Source: Malacoraja senta
Lineage: Eukaryota
Reading direction: 5' to 3'
Length of the DNA stretch: 64,000 bases
NCBI GenBank assembly: GCA_038087875.1
Contig: CM075988.1
Span: 3,224,001 to 3,288,000 of the forward strand
Shown: positions 36,930 to 49,149 of the stretch, in pieces
Numbering within the stretch: position 1 is the first letter of the stretch
Layout: every line of letters starts with the position of its first letter
Position numbers and translations under genes: made by a program
The notes under the pieces: model-generated
The model's database searches: none
Told to the model about the DNA's origin: nothing
What the model saw: only the letters and a program-made list of their open reading frames with translations

Positions 36930-37891
36930 GGCTGTGTAGGAAGGAACTGCAGATGCTGGTTTACAAAACTGCTAAAAGAAGGTGACAACGAAGCATATAG
37001 AGCTAATATTTAATTAGTCAGGCTGGTCAGAGAACTAGGAAGGAAAAGGGATGGAGAGAGAGGGAAATCAAGGTTTACTTGAAGATAGAGAAGTCAATGT
37101 TCATATCGCTGGGGTGTAAGCTGCCCAAGCGAAATATGAGGTGCTGTTACCAGAAAGGTCAGTGTGGGAATGGGAGGGGGAGTTAGCAAGTGTTTAGCAA
37201 CCGGGAGATTAGGTAGGTCTAGGTGGACTGAGGGGAGGTTTTCAGCGAAACGATCGCCGAGCCTGTGCTTGGTCCCGTCGATATACAGGAGTCCACTCCT
37301 GGACCAGCGGATACAGTAGATGAGGTTGGAGAAGGCGCAAGTGAACCTCTGCCTCAACTGAAAAGATTGTAAGGGTCCTTGGACAGAGTCAAGGAGAGGT
37401 AAAGGGACAGGTGTTGCATCTTCTGCGGTTGCAGGGGAAGGTACCTGGGGATGGGGTGGTTTGGGTGGGAATGGACGAGTTAACCAGGGAGTTGCGGAGG
37501 GAACGGTCTCTGCGGAAAGCAGAAAGGGATGGAGATGGGAAGATGTGGCTGGTGGTGGGATCCCGTTGGCGGTGGTGAAAATGTTGGAGGATTATGTGTT
37601 GTATGCAACGGCTGATGGGGTGAAGGGTAAGGACTAGGGGGACTCTGTCCCTGTTGCGACTGGGGGGAGGGGGAGCAAGAGCGGAGCTGCGGGATATCGA
37701 GGAGACATGAGTGAACGTCTCATATATGATGGAAGAGGAGAACGTCCGTTCCCTAAAGATCGAGGACATCTCCGATGTCCGGGTATGGAACACCTCATCT
37801 TGGGCGCAGATGCGGCGTAGACGGAGGAATTGGGAGTAGGGGATGGAGTCTTTGCTGGAGGCAGGGTGGGAAGAAGTGCAGTCCAGATAGT
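36930..37891 (-). mobile_element. Penelope-like element 3' half (RT thumb, CCHH-type linker, GIY-YIG)
   Basis: SSHPASSKDSIPYSQFLRLRRIC...FPCNRRRCNTCP / FTCAFSNLIYCIRWSRSGLLYIDGTKHRLGDRFAE. Confidence 0.9.
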
Positions 37892-38390
37892 GAAAATTCC
37901 AAACTAGCTGATGATTTAAAATTAGAAGTTTGGAAACAGCAGTAATAACTAAGAATCTGTTGGGCAAATAATGTAATGTAGAAGTGGTGCATTTTGTCAG
38001 GAAGAAAGAGATACAGTATAAACAAAGTGTAACAGTTTATCAGGATGTGCAAGAACAGAGAGAGCAAGGTCTAAATGTACAAGTCACGGACATGGTGAAA
38101 GACTACTTAGGAAAGTGCAAGGGTCTTTGTGCTTCACTGTCCAAAAGTAGGGAGGTCATGGGGATTTGGGAGTAGGAGCAGGATTCCCAAACGGTTAATT
38201 TGCAGGTTGAATTGGTGGTAAGGAAGGCAAATGCAATGTTAGCATTCAATAGACAATAGACAATAGGTGCAGGAGTAGGCCATTCAGCCCTACGAGCCAG
38301 CACCGCCATTCAACGTGATAATGGCTGATCATCCCCAATCAGTACCCTGTTCCTGCCTTCTCCCCATATCCCCTGACTCCGCTATCTTTA

Positions 38391-38880
38391 AGCGGAGGTT
38401 CACCTGCATCTCCTCCAACCTCACCTTTTCCATCCACTGCTCTAGATGTCAGCTGATCTACATCGGTGAGACCAAGCGTAGGCTTGGCGATCGTTTCGCC
38501 GAACACCTCCGCTCGGTCCGCATTAACCAACCTGTGGCTCAGCACTTCAACTCCCCCTCCCATTCTGAATCCAACCTCTCTGTCCTGGGCCTCCATGGCC
38601 AGTGAGCACCACCGGAAATTGAAGGAGCAGCACCTCATATTCTGCTTCGGCAGTCTGCACCCTAGTGGCATAAACATTGAATTCTCCAATTTCCGGTAGC
38701 CCTTGCTGTCTCCTCCCCTCTCAGCTCTCCCTCAGCCCACGGGCTCCTCCTCTTCCTTTTTCCTTTCTTCTCCCCACCCTACATCAGTCTGAAGGAGGGT
38801 TTCGGCCCGAAACGTTGCCTATTTCCTTGGCTCCATAGATGCTGCTGCACCCGCTGAGTTTCTCCAGCACATTTGTCTAA
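38391..38880 (+). mobile_element. Penelope-like element 3' end (GIY-YIG plus hammerhead repeat)
   Basis: FTCISSNLTFSIHCSRCQLIYIGETKRRLGDRFAEHLRSV; CTGAAGGAGGGTTTCGGCCCGAAACGTT at ~38789. Confidence 0.9.
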
Positions 38881-38895
38881 CTTAGTTACTTACTT

Positions 38896-39433
38896 AAGGG
38901 CCTGTCCCAACAGCATGCGATTGCATGCGTCTAGCGCGAACAAACGTGGTCGCTTGAGGCGTACAGCCGCGCGGGGCCGGTCCCACTTCGATCGGCGGAG
39001 GCATATAGAGTTGTGCGGGGCTGGTCCCGACATCGCGCAGGGCTCCAAAAATCTTGCACTGTCCGAAAATTTCGCGCGCCAATGGCCTGTCGGCCCGCAG
39101 GTGCATCGAGGGCGTACGCAGCATCTTGACGGTGTACGCAGAGTCTTGACGTCGTACGCAGCGTCTTGACGGCGTACGCCTAGCGCGTGGCGTTGAGCGG
39201 TGACGTCACCGCCCGGCATGCCGTTGCGTGATGACTTCACCGCCCGAAGCCGTGCGACGTCCAAATTCAGTCGGCCCGCCTCCTGCCCAGCTGATTGGTG
39301 AGTTTGACGTAAATTACGTCACGCGTGAACTTTGCGCGTACTTACCGCGTACTTAGCGTGTACTTACCGCGAACTCCGCTTCCGTTTGGTCATGCTAGAC
39401 GCATGCAATCACATGCTGGTGGGACAGGCCCTT
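38896..39433. mobile_element. CpG-rich MITE with ~40-bp terminal inverted repeats
   Basis: AAGGGCCTGTCCCAACAGCATGCGATTGCATGCGTCTAGC ... GCTAGACGCATGCAATCACATGCTGGTGGGACAGGCCCTT; no ORF; superfamily not determined. Confidence 0.9.
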
Positions 39434-39446
39434 AACTTCCTTAAGG

Positions 39447-39797
39447 TTTTGGACACGCTAGAGGCGGGAAACATGTTCCCGATGTAGGGGGAGTCCAGAA
39501 CCAGGGGCCACAGTTTAAAAATAAGGGGTAAGCCATTTAGAACGGAGACGAGGAAAGACTGTTTCTCATAGAGAGTTGTGAGTCTGTGGAATTCTCTGCC
39601 TCAGAGGGTGGTGGAGGCCGGTTCTCTGGATACTTTCAAGAGAGAGCTAAATAAGGCTCTTAAAGATAGCGGAGTCAGGGGATATGGGGAGAAGGCAGGA
39701 ACGGGTTACTGATTGGGGATGATCAGCCATGATCACATTGAATGGCTGGCTCGAAGGGCCGAATGGACTACTCCTGCACCTATTGTCTATTGTCTAT
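39447..39797 (+). mobile_element. CR1-type LINE 3' end with (TATTGTC)n tail
   Basis: ESRTRGHSLKIRG...LWNSLPQR coding end and 3' UTR GAAGGGCCGAATGG..CTCCTGCACCTATTGTC. Confidence 0.88.
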
Positions 39798-40240
39798 TCA
39801 CACTGCCACCCAGCTTTGTGTCATCTGCGAATTTGCTAATGTTACTTTGAATCCTTTCATCCAAATCATTGATGTATATGTAAATAGCTGCGGTCCCAGC
39901 ACCGACCCTTGCGGTACCCCACTAGTCACTGCCTGCCATTCTGAAAGGGACCCGTTAATCCCTACGCTTTGTTTCCTGTCTGCCAACCAATTTTCTATCC
40001 ATGTCAGCACTCTACCCCCAATACCATGTGCCCTAATTTTGTCCACTAATCTCCTATGTGGGACCTTATCAAATGCTTTCTGAAAGTCCAGGTACACTAC
40101 ATCCACTGGCTCTCCCATGTCCATTTTCCTAGTTACATCCTCAAAAAATTCCAGAAGATTAGTCAAGCATGATTTCCCCATTGTAAATCCATGCTGACTG
40201 ACCGATCTTGTTACTGCTATCCAAATGTGCGGCTATTTCA
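39798..40240 (-). mobile_element. CR1-type LINE RT core fragment
   Basis: GKSCLTNLLEFFEDVT..DVVYLDFQKAFDKVPH...SGVPQGSVLGPQLF. Confidence 0.92.
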
Positions 40241-40544
40241 TGTGATCATGGCTGATCATCCACAATCAGTACCCCGTTCCTGCCTTCTCCCCATATCCCT
40301 TGAATCCGCTATCTTTAATATCTCCATCTAGCTCTCTCTTGAAAGCATCCATTTCAAGGTGTTTAGAATATAAATTCACTTCATTTCAAGATGATTAGAA
40401 TATAAAAACAGGGATGCAATGTTGAGTCTGAAGAAGGGTCTCGACACGAAAAGTCACCCATTCCTTCTCTCCAGAAATGCTGCCTGACCCGCTGAGTTAC
40501 TCCATCATTTTGTGTCTATCTTCGATGTAATGCAGAGGTTTTAT

Positions 40545-41774
40545 AATAATAATAATAAATAATAATAATAATACATTTATTTGTATAGCACGTTTAAAAA
40601 CAACTCACGTTGACCAAAGTGCTTCACATCAGTGCAGGTACTAATTTGATACATACAACGGTTGACAGACATAACAATACATACATAAACTGTTTACAGC
40701 TCCCCCTCAGAGGGGCTCAAAAACGCTTGGGAATAGAAATAGGTTTTGAGTCGTGACTTAAAGGAGTCGATGGTGGGGGCAGTTCTGATGAGGAGCGGGA
40801 TGCTATTCCACAGTCTAGGTGCTGCAAACGCAAAAGCGCGGTCGCCCCTGAGCTTAAACCTAGACCGTGGGATAGTCAGTAGCCCCAAGTCGGCTGACCT
40901 GAGGGACCGAGAGGTAGAATGGTTGGTTAGAAGATTTTTGATATGGGGGGGGGGGAGGCAAGCCCGTTAAGGGCTTTGTAAATGTATAAGAGGAGCTTGA
41001 AGTTGATTCTATACCGTACTGGGAGCCATTGTGGAGAGGCCAGAATCGGGGTCATGTGGTCCCTTTTACGGGTACCCGTCAGAAGTCTTGCTGCGGCGTT
41101 TTGGACCAATTGCAGACGGGACAGGGATGATTGGTTGATGCCAGTGTATAGGGAGTTGCAGTAGTCAAGGCAGGAAAAGATGAATGCGTGGATGATTTTT
41201 TTCAAGGTCGTCGAATTTGAGGAATGATTTGATTTTAGTTATTGTACGAAGCTGGAAAAAAACAGCTTTTACCACAGAGTTGACTTGCTTGTCAAACTTT
41301 AATGCGGAGTCAAATATCACGCCAAGGTTTTTGACGTGCAGTTTGACTAATAGCCCTGTCCCACTGTACGAGTTCATTCAAGAGCTCTCCCGAGTTTAAA
41401 AAAAAAAATCAAATCGTGGTAAGCACGTAGAATGAACGTAGCGGGTATGTCGGAGCTCGGGGTCGTCTCTTAGCGGCTCGTAACGCTAACGGCAGGTACT
41501 CGGGAAACGCGCTAAGCTCGGGAAGACTCGTGAAGATTTTTCAACATGTTGAAAAATGTCCACGAGAGCCCCCGAGTACCTGCGAGCGGCCATTACCGTA
41601 AATCTCCGAGTTCGAATCAGGGCAAACTCTGGAGAACTCTTGAATGAACTCGTGCAGTGGGACAGGGCTTTTAGGAGGTTAGGCTTCCAAGGCTGCCTGT
41701 TTTCATTTTGATGGGGTTCGGAGGGACCGAGTAGGATGACCTCAGACTTGCTCTTGTTAAGTTGGAGGAAGTTC
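40545..41774 (-). mobile_element. L2-clade LINE 3' ~900 bp with (TTA)n tail, interrupted by a MITE
   Basis: NFLQLNKSKSEVILLG, VKNLGVIFDSALKF, LDYCNSLYTG..RLQLVQNAAARLLT, GDRAFAFAAPRLWNSIP..FKSRLKT. Confidence 0.92.
41350..41671. mobile_element. MITE with TA target duplication
   Basis: TA|ATAGCCCTGTCCCACTGTACGAGTTCATTCAAGAG ... CTCTTGAATGAACTCGTGCAGTGGGACAGGGCTTT|TA; removal rejoins the two L2 pieces. Confidence 0.88.
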
Positions 41775-43214
41775 ACTGGTCAGGCACTGGCCAGACCACA
41801 GTTGGAGTATTGTGAGCAGTTTTGTGCCCCATTTCTAATGAGGGATGTGCTGATGTTGGGGAGGGTCCAGAGGAGGTTCGTGAGAATGATCCCAGGGATG
41901 ATTGGGTTAACACATGATGAGCGTTCAACGGCACTGGAGTTCAGTAGGATGAGGTGGGTTCACATTGAAACTCACCGAATAAAGAGAGGCCTGGATAGAG
42001 TGGATGTGCAGAGGATGTTTCCACTAGTGGGGGATTCTAAGACCTGAAGGCACAGCCTTCAAATAGGACATATATTTAGAAAGGAGGTGAGGAAGAATTT
42101 ATCTAGCCCGAGGGTGGTGAATCTGTGGAATTCATTGCCACAGGCGGCTGTGGAGGCGAAGTCATTGGGTGTTTTTAAGGCAGAGATTGATAGGTTCATG
42201 ATTAGTATGGGTGTCAAAGGTTATGGGGAGAAAACAGGAGAATGGGGTTGAGAGGGAAAAATAGATCAGCCATGATTAAATGGCAGAGTAGACTTGATGG
42301 GTCGAATGGCCTAATTCTGCTTCTATGTTTTATGAGCTCATGAAGTTTTATAATTGGAGTATTGTAAGTAATTCTGTCTCCTCACTGTAAAATGCAAGTG
42401 AAAGATCTAGATGGCATGGAAAAGATTCTGGGGATGAGGGGTTTAGGCTGTAAGTTTGTGCAGCACGGTGGCGCAGGTAGTGGTGCTACTGCCTCAGCGC
42501 AAGAGACCCAGGGTTGATCCTGACCTCGGGTGCTGTTTGTATGGAGTTGGCACGTTCTCCCTGTTACTGCGTGCGTTTCTACTGGGGGCTCCACTTCTCT
42601 CCTGCATTCCAAAGACGTGCAGGTTAAAAGGCCTCAGTTAATTGCCCCTGGCATGTCGGCAGTGGGATAACTTTGAACTGGAGTGTATGTGATGGATGGT
42701 CGGCCCGCGAGCTTGATGTACTGGAGCAGTTACCGCCAACTGATGTCATGCTCCTTGTGTCCAACTTCTCCAGCTCCCTCCCGGAGCTGATTTGGGAATT
42801 AGGCACCAGCTAGGGTGGCAGAAACGGCCAATCATGGCTTCACAGAGGAATTTTAACGGCACTCGAGGGAAAATAATTTGAAATGATAAGGTCTGAACAG
42901 AGAGATCAGCAAGAGGCTGAAGTAGATGTGGGTCCAAGTTCATTCTTCCACTCCATAATGGCACTGAGATCGCTGGACTTCTAACATTTCAATGGTGATT
43001 GTGCTTTGTACTTCATTGAATTTGAAGCATCTTGAAGAAGAAGTCTGAAGAAGGATCTCGACCCAAAATGTCACCGACCCATGTTCTCCGGAGATGCAGC
43101 CTAGCCTTCTGAAGCACTTTCTGCCCTTTTGTGTGTTAACCAGCATCTTCAGTGCTCTTTTTCTACATTGAAGATGGTCCCAACCTGAAGAGTCGCCGAT
43201 CCATGTTTAAGGTT

Positions 43215-43535
43215 TACTTTAGAGATGCTGCAGCAAAACAGGCCCTTCAGTCCATGGAGTCCAGAACGACTATCAATCACCCGCTCCCACTAGCTCTATA
43301 TTATCCCATTTTCTTAACCACTCCCCCACACCTTGGGCAATTTTACAGAGGCTAATTAAACTACAATCTAGCGCATCTTTGGGATGTGGGAGGAATCCAG
43401 AGCACTTGGAGGAAACCCATACGGTCACAGGGCAAACGTGCAAACTCCACACAGACAGCATCCGAGGTTAGGATCGAACCCGGGTCTCTGATGCCGTGAG
43501 GCAGCAGCCCTACCTGCTGTGCCACTGTGTCGCCT
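43215..43535 (-). mobile_element. HE1-type SINE
   Basis: Reverse-complement B box GGATCGAACC, core and tail. Confidence 0.8.
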
Positions 43536-44223
43536 TCATCGATATTGGTTCCTCACCAATATGGTTGATCTTTATCATTGATGCCATTGTGTGTGGGAGA
43601 TTGCTTTGCACAATTTGGTGCTCTCTTCCCTGAGGCTAACTGTAGAAGCACTTTAAATTGTGTAGGAAGGAACTGCAGACGCTGGTTTAAACCAAAGTCA
43701 GACACAAAAAGCTGGAGTAATTCAGTGAGACAGACAGTATCTCTGGAGAGAAGGAATAGGTGATGTTTCGAGTCGAGACCCTTCTTCAGACTGAGAGACT
43801 ATACTGTGTCTATCTGGTTTGACATCCCTCTATATCATCGTCTATATCTCTTGTTTCCCTTTTCCCTGACTCAGTCTGAAGAAGGGTCTTGACCCAAAAT
43901 GTCACATATTCCTTTTCTCCAGAGGTACTGTCTGACCCTGCTGAGTTATTCCAGATATTTATGTCTATCTACATTTTAAAGGGTCTCCGTTGGTTATAAG
44001 GTGCAGTGGGCAGTTGTGAGATTGTGAAAAAACAAACCTTGCTTTAATTTGTGGAAGTATTCTGGCTATGTATTGTTTTGTGAGGAAACATATGATGAAA
44101 AGACTCCCTAACAGGCATATTCACCAACTAAAAGCACAGGGAATAACTGAGCCGGCAAGTCAACATTAATTGGTAAAGTAAATGAAAGTAAAGTCGTTTT
44201 ATCCTTGATTATTTGCGAGCTTA

Positions 44224-44749
44224 CAGGTCAGTCGCCGGGTTATGAGGAACTGACTTATGGACACCATCCGAACAAACTTGCAGAGTATTGAATTCAAAAC
44301 TCTCGACATACGTACCGGCATTTGTACGTTTGTTCCCAGGACCAGCAAAACTAATTACCTCAAAGGTAGACACAAAATGCTGGAGTAACTCGGCGGGACA
44401 GGCAGCTTCTCTGGAGAAAAGGAATGGGTGACGTTTCGGGTGGAGACCCCACTTCACTTCACTCTGGAGATGCTGCCTGTCCCGCGGAGTTACTCCAGCA
44501 TTTTGTGTCTACCTTCGATTTAAACCATGATCTGCAGTTCTTTCTTACACAAACTAATGACCACTCACACTCCACTTTTAGTGATTGTCTTCTTTAATCA
44601 GTCGTGTGTGCTTTTGATTTAATCCATTACAACACTACAGATATATAAGGTATTGAGTACTTTTTTTGTGTGTGTTTTTTGACTTACGGACAAAATGGAC
44701 ATAGGACGGTGGATAAATCGGAACTCCTTTGTTACCCGAGGACGGCCAG
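44224..44749. mobile_element. Old Tigger/pogo-like MITE interrupted by an inverted PLE-derived cassette (~44362-44551)
   Basis: TA|CAGGTCAGTCGCCGGGTTATGA ... TTGTTACCCGAGGACGGCCAG|TA, with internal GACTTA(C/T)GGACA motifs near both ends. Confidence 0.6.
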
Positions 44750-45374
44750 TATTTTTTCCAGTGTGATTATGTTTTATTTCTTGGCTTCTTCATCCACAAA
44801 CAACATAGATATCAAATATTATGGAAAATATTCCTGATTAACCTTGACCTGACTTTCCACATCAGATTGAAGACTGGTCTATATTCTTCATTTCAAAAGA
44901 TTAGCGACCATGCCAGATCAAAGATTTTTAGATTGGGTGCATGTCACCAATATCAAGTGAACAGGTGCCTTCCGTGCTCAGTGTTGGCTTCATCTCAGGG
45001 GCCAGAGCCTTTGTTATCTGAAGTCTTGGTCAGACTCCATTGGATGATCACACCTAAAGAATGTTAGACCAAAAGACATAGGAGCAGAAGATAAACAGGA
45101 AAAGCTGGAGTAAATCAGTACAAACTGCATTTCTGGAGAAAAGGAATAGGTGACGTTTCGGGCTGAGACCCTTCCGAAATGTCACCTATTCCAGAATTGT
45201 TGTCTGACCCGCTGAGTTACTCCAGCTTTTCATGTCGATCTTGGGTTTAAACCAGCATCTGCAGATCCCAGGGTCTGTAGAAGGGTTTCGGCCCGAAACG
45301 TTGCCTATTTTCTTCGCTCCATAGATGCTGCTGCACCCGCTGAGTTTCTCCAGCACTTTTGTCTATCTGCAGAT

Positions 45375-46145
45375 CCTTCAGAATTAGGTCATTCCAATTC
45401 GAATTGACTAATTGAATCTACTCTGCCATTCAGTCATGGCTGATCTATTTTTTTCTTCCAACCCCATTCTCCTGCCTTCTTCCTGTGGCCTTTGATGCCC
45501 TTATTAATCCTATGAATCTCCACTTTAAAAATAGCCAATAACCTGGCCTCCACAGCCGTCTGTGTCAATGAATTCCCCAGATTCACCACCCTCTGGCTAA
45601 AGAAATTCCTCCTCTCTATTCTGTAAGGTACGTCCTTTCATTCTGTGGCTATAGGCTCTCCTATCACTGGCAACATCCTTTCCACACCCACTCTATCCAG
45701 ACCATTCATTATCCAGTAGATTTCAATGAGCCCGAAATATGTGCAGATCAGAGCAATCCGATTGACAATGAGAGGGAACCTCATTGAAACTTACCGAATA
45801 GTGAATGGCCTGGATAGAGAGGATGTGGAGAGGATGTTACCATTAGTGGGAGTTTAGGACCAGAGGCCCTGGCCTCAGAATAAAAGGATGTACCTTTAGA
45901 AAGATGAGGAATTTATTTTGTCAGACAGTGGTGAATCTGTAGAATTCATTGCCACAGAAGGCTGTGGAGGTCGTCAATGGATATTTATAAGGCAGAGATT
46001 GACAAATTCTTGATTAGTACAGGTGTCAGGGGTTTTAGATGGAAGGCAGGAGAGCGGAGTTGAGAGGGAAAGGTAGATCAGCCACGATTGAATGGTGAAG
46101 TTGGTTTGATGCGCCGAAATGGCCTAATTCTGCTCCTATGCTTTA
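45375..46145. mobile_element. Two CR1 3' fragments in opposite orientation (45375-45730 minus, 45770-46145 plus)
   Basis: Both match the CR1 3' coding end and UTR (GATCAGCCATGA..GAATGG..GGCCTAATTCTG). Confidence 0.75.
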
Positions 46146-46383
46146 CGACACCAATGTTGCGAGGGTTAAACTGAGGAATGATCTCAGCCTGTGTTCCAAT
46201 TGATTTGAAGAGGCGATTTAATTAAAATGGTGAAAAGATAAATGGAGAACAGATGCAACGAAGCTATTGAACAATAAACCATGTAATTAAAACCCAGGCA
46301 GAATTCTGGGGGACGGAAGATGACTGTGTTTACTTTAGCTTGCCGCTTTATGACTGAGCCTGTGTATTGTTCCACTTCACCAG

Positions 46384-46527
46384 GTGTACATGCTGCCAGA
46401 GGTCGTGGGCAGGACACAGACGTGGTCAGAGTGAGTGTGTCCGTGCTGTAAGCCCGCTCTATCCCACTGGTTTCTGCCCCGGATGCTCTGCTGTGTCCAC
46501 TGCAGTCGGCACGTCAGTGGCACTGAG
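46384..46527 (+). other. Candidate 144-nt exon (unverified, possibly 5' UTR)
   Basis: Acceptor TATTGTTCCACTTCACCAG| and donor GAG|GTACGT lie in repeat-free sequence with local CpG enrichment. One frame is open but gives no recognisable protein. Confidence 0.3.
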
Positions 46528-46954
46528 GTACGTTGTATCACGGGACGGGCGGGCGGGCGGGCACGCGATATGGGCAGGGTGGCCGCTTCTCCGGGATTGC
46601 CCTTGGTCAATTGCATCGCAAGCTGTCTCATTCTCACCTTGGTCTGCTGTAGGATGAAGTTGACCACAGACATGTTATCCAAGTACCTACATTTGTCGAC
46701 AGCTGTGCTTGTTTGAACGTTTCTTTTCAATGCAGGAAATTATGATTCCTTACAAATTGCAACATATGGATCTTTTATAATTAAAATAGTTAGAACGGAG
46801 ATGAGGAAAACTTTTTCACCCAGAGAGTTGTGAATCTGTGGAATTCTCTGCCTCAGAGGGCGGTGGAGGCCGGTTCTCTGGATGCTTTTTCACGAGAGAG
46901 TTAGATATGGCTCTTAAAGATAGCGGAGTCAGGGGGATTATGGGGAGAAGGCAG

Positions 46955-47154
46955 NNNNNNNNNNNNNNNNNNNNNNNNNNNNNNNNNNNNNNNNNNNNNN
47001 NNNNNNNNNNNNNNNNNNNNNNNNNNNNNNNNNNNNNNNNNNNNNNNNNNNNNNNNNNNNNNNNNNNNNNNNNNNNNNNNNNNNNNNNNNNNNNNNNNNN
47101 NNNNNNNNNNNNNNNNNNNNNNNNNNNNNNNNNNNNNNNNNNNNNNNNNNNNNN
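46955..47154. other. Assembly gap (200 N)
   Basis: Run of 200 N. The flanks look like 3' ends of different CR1 subfamilies, so real sequence is probably missing. Confidence 0.99.
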
Positions 47155-47167
47155 TTTCCGCACTGTA

Positions 47168-47732
47168 TAGGGCCTGTCCCACAGGCAATTTTTTTTTGGC
47201 GACTGACACATCATAGCAGGTCGCCAAAAAAGCGGCGACTGGACACAACCCCACCACAATGTCTACGACAACCTACCACCTAGTTGACGTCAAGCTACCG
47301 CAAACTACCGACAACCGGCGACCCATTAGGACGTCCACCTACGACCACACCTATGACAACCAAAGTCATCCTACGTCCACCCGCGACAAGCTACGACAAG
47401 CTACGACAAGCAACTTCCCTGTCGGTGACAACTGAAGGCAATTCAGTCGCCGATATCTGTCGCCGGTTGATGTAGGTCGGCGTAGGTAGTCCAATGGAAT
47501 TCACCGAAGTCAGTACCCGGCAACAACCAATGTCACTTGGCGACAAGCTACGACAAGCCCACAGTCGCCGAAAAGGTTTGAACATTTTCAAAATCCAGCG
47601 GCGACCAGAAAAACGTTCCGACTCTTTAGGCGACTTGAGGAGACCACTCACGACCATACAGGCGTCCACCCCGCGACCATGTGGCGACAGCCTAGTCGCC
47701 TGTAGTCAATGAAAAAAGTGGGACTGGGGCTT
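47168..47732. mobile_element. MITE with TA target duplication
   Basis: CACTGTA|TAGGGCCTGTCCCAC ... GTGGGACTGGGGCTT|TATGACTCT; removal restores the CR1 tail CACTGTATGACTCT. Interior is rich in CGAC/GTCG motifs. Confidence 0.82.
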
Positions 47733-47941
47733 TATGACTCTAAGTGTAGGTTGAGGCTGGGTGGGAGGGGCAGACTGTTTTGTGTGGTTGGGAGGGGCAG
47801 ACTGTTTTGACTGCTGACTAAATTTCCTTCAACTCATTTTGGCTAGGCCTTTAATTCCCTATTGTATTCAGACAGTTAAGTGGGCCATTATGTGTGCGAC
47901 AGAAACAAAATACTTATTGAATAGCTCAGCCATTTCCTTAT

Positions 47942-48254
47942 TTTAGTTTAGTTTAGTTTGGAGATACGTGCGGAAACAGACCCTACGGCCCACCTAGTCT
48001 GCGCCGACCAGCGATCCCTGCACATGTACACTATCCTACACACACCAAAGACAATTTAAATTTATACCAAGCTAATTAACCTACAAACCTGTACGTCTTT
48101 GGAGTGTGGGAGAAAACCGGAGATCCCAGAGATAACCCACGCAGTCACGGGGAGAACGTACAAACTCCGTACAGACAGCAGCCGTAGTTAGGATCGAATC
48201 CGGCTCACTGGCGCTGTAAGGTGGCAACACTACCGCTGCGCCATGGCGCCACCC
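47942..48254 (-). mobile_element. HE1-type SINE, full length
   Basis: (TAAAC)n tail, core, B box and head. Confidence 0.88.
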
Positions 48255-49149
48255 TCATATTTCTTAATATTAATTTTTGCTGTAACCTCTGTAAGTAGCC
48301 TGCATTTGTCCTCACTCACCTTTTTATTTACCAGTAAAGTCTCTAATAGTCTCTATTTATGTTTCTTGCCAGTCAAACTCTTACTTTTTTTTAATCTTTT
48401 GTCAGTTTCTTGGTCCTCCTCGAGCTGAGTTTCTAAATTCACTCGATTCTCAGGCCTGCTGCTATTTCTGACATCTTTGCAAGGTTCTATTACTTTAATA
48501 TGAAACTATCAATGTCACAATGAAACTAGAGTTTATTTATCGCAATGATAAGAATAAGCAATAAAATGGAGACACGGGAACTGCAGACTGGAATCTTGAG
48601 CAAACAGTGTTGGAGTAACCCAGCGGGTCAGGCAGCATCTCTGGAGGGTGTGGGCAGTTGATGTTTTGTGTTAGGAGCCCTTGACCACGGGTACCGTCTG
48701 TACAGCATTTGTATGTTCTCCCTATGACCTCGTGAGTTTCCTCTGGGTGCCCTGGTTTCCTCCCACACTCCATAGACATGCTGGTTTGTCTGGTAATTGG
48801 CTTCTGTAGATTGTCCCAAGATAGTGCAAGGGTGATCGTGGACTTGGTGGGCTGAAGGGCCTAGCTTGTACAAGTAGTGGGTGACACATTGGCACAGCTG
48901 GTAGAGCTTCTGCCTCACAGCAGCAATGACGCTGGTTTGATCCTGACCTCTGGTGGTGTCTGCGTGTTCTTTGCACGTTCTCCTTGTGACCGCTTGGGTT
49001 TCCTTTGGGTGTTCCGGTTTCCTCGCACACTCCAAAGACATGCATGCTTGTAGGTTAATGGCCCATTGTAAAATGAGAATTGTGGGGCGTGGCTGAGTAA
49101 GTGGGATAAAATAGAACTAGTGTGAACTTGCGACCGATGATCAGTCTAG

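Larger units (their letters stand above)
38160..42340 (+). mobile_element. Host CR1-type LINE split into four pieces by nested insertions
   Basis: VNLQVELVVRKANAMLAF (to 38247) continues as FISR*LEYKNRDAML (~40381-40426), DVMQRFY (40525-40545) and ALARPQLEYCEQFCAPF through the 3' tail (41781-42340). Confidence 0.8.
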
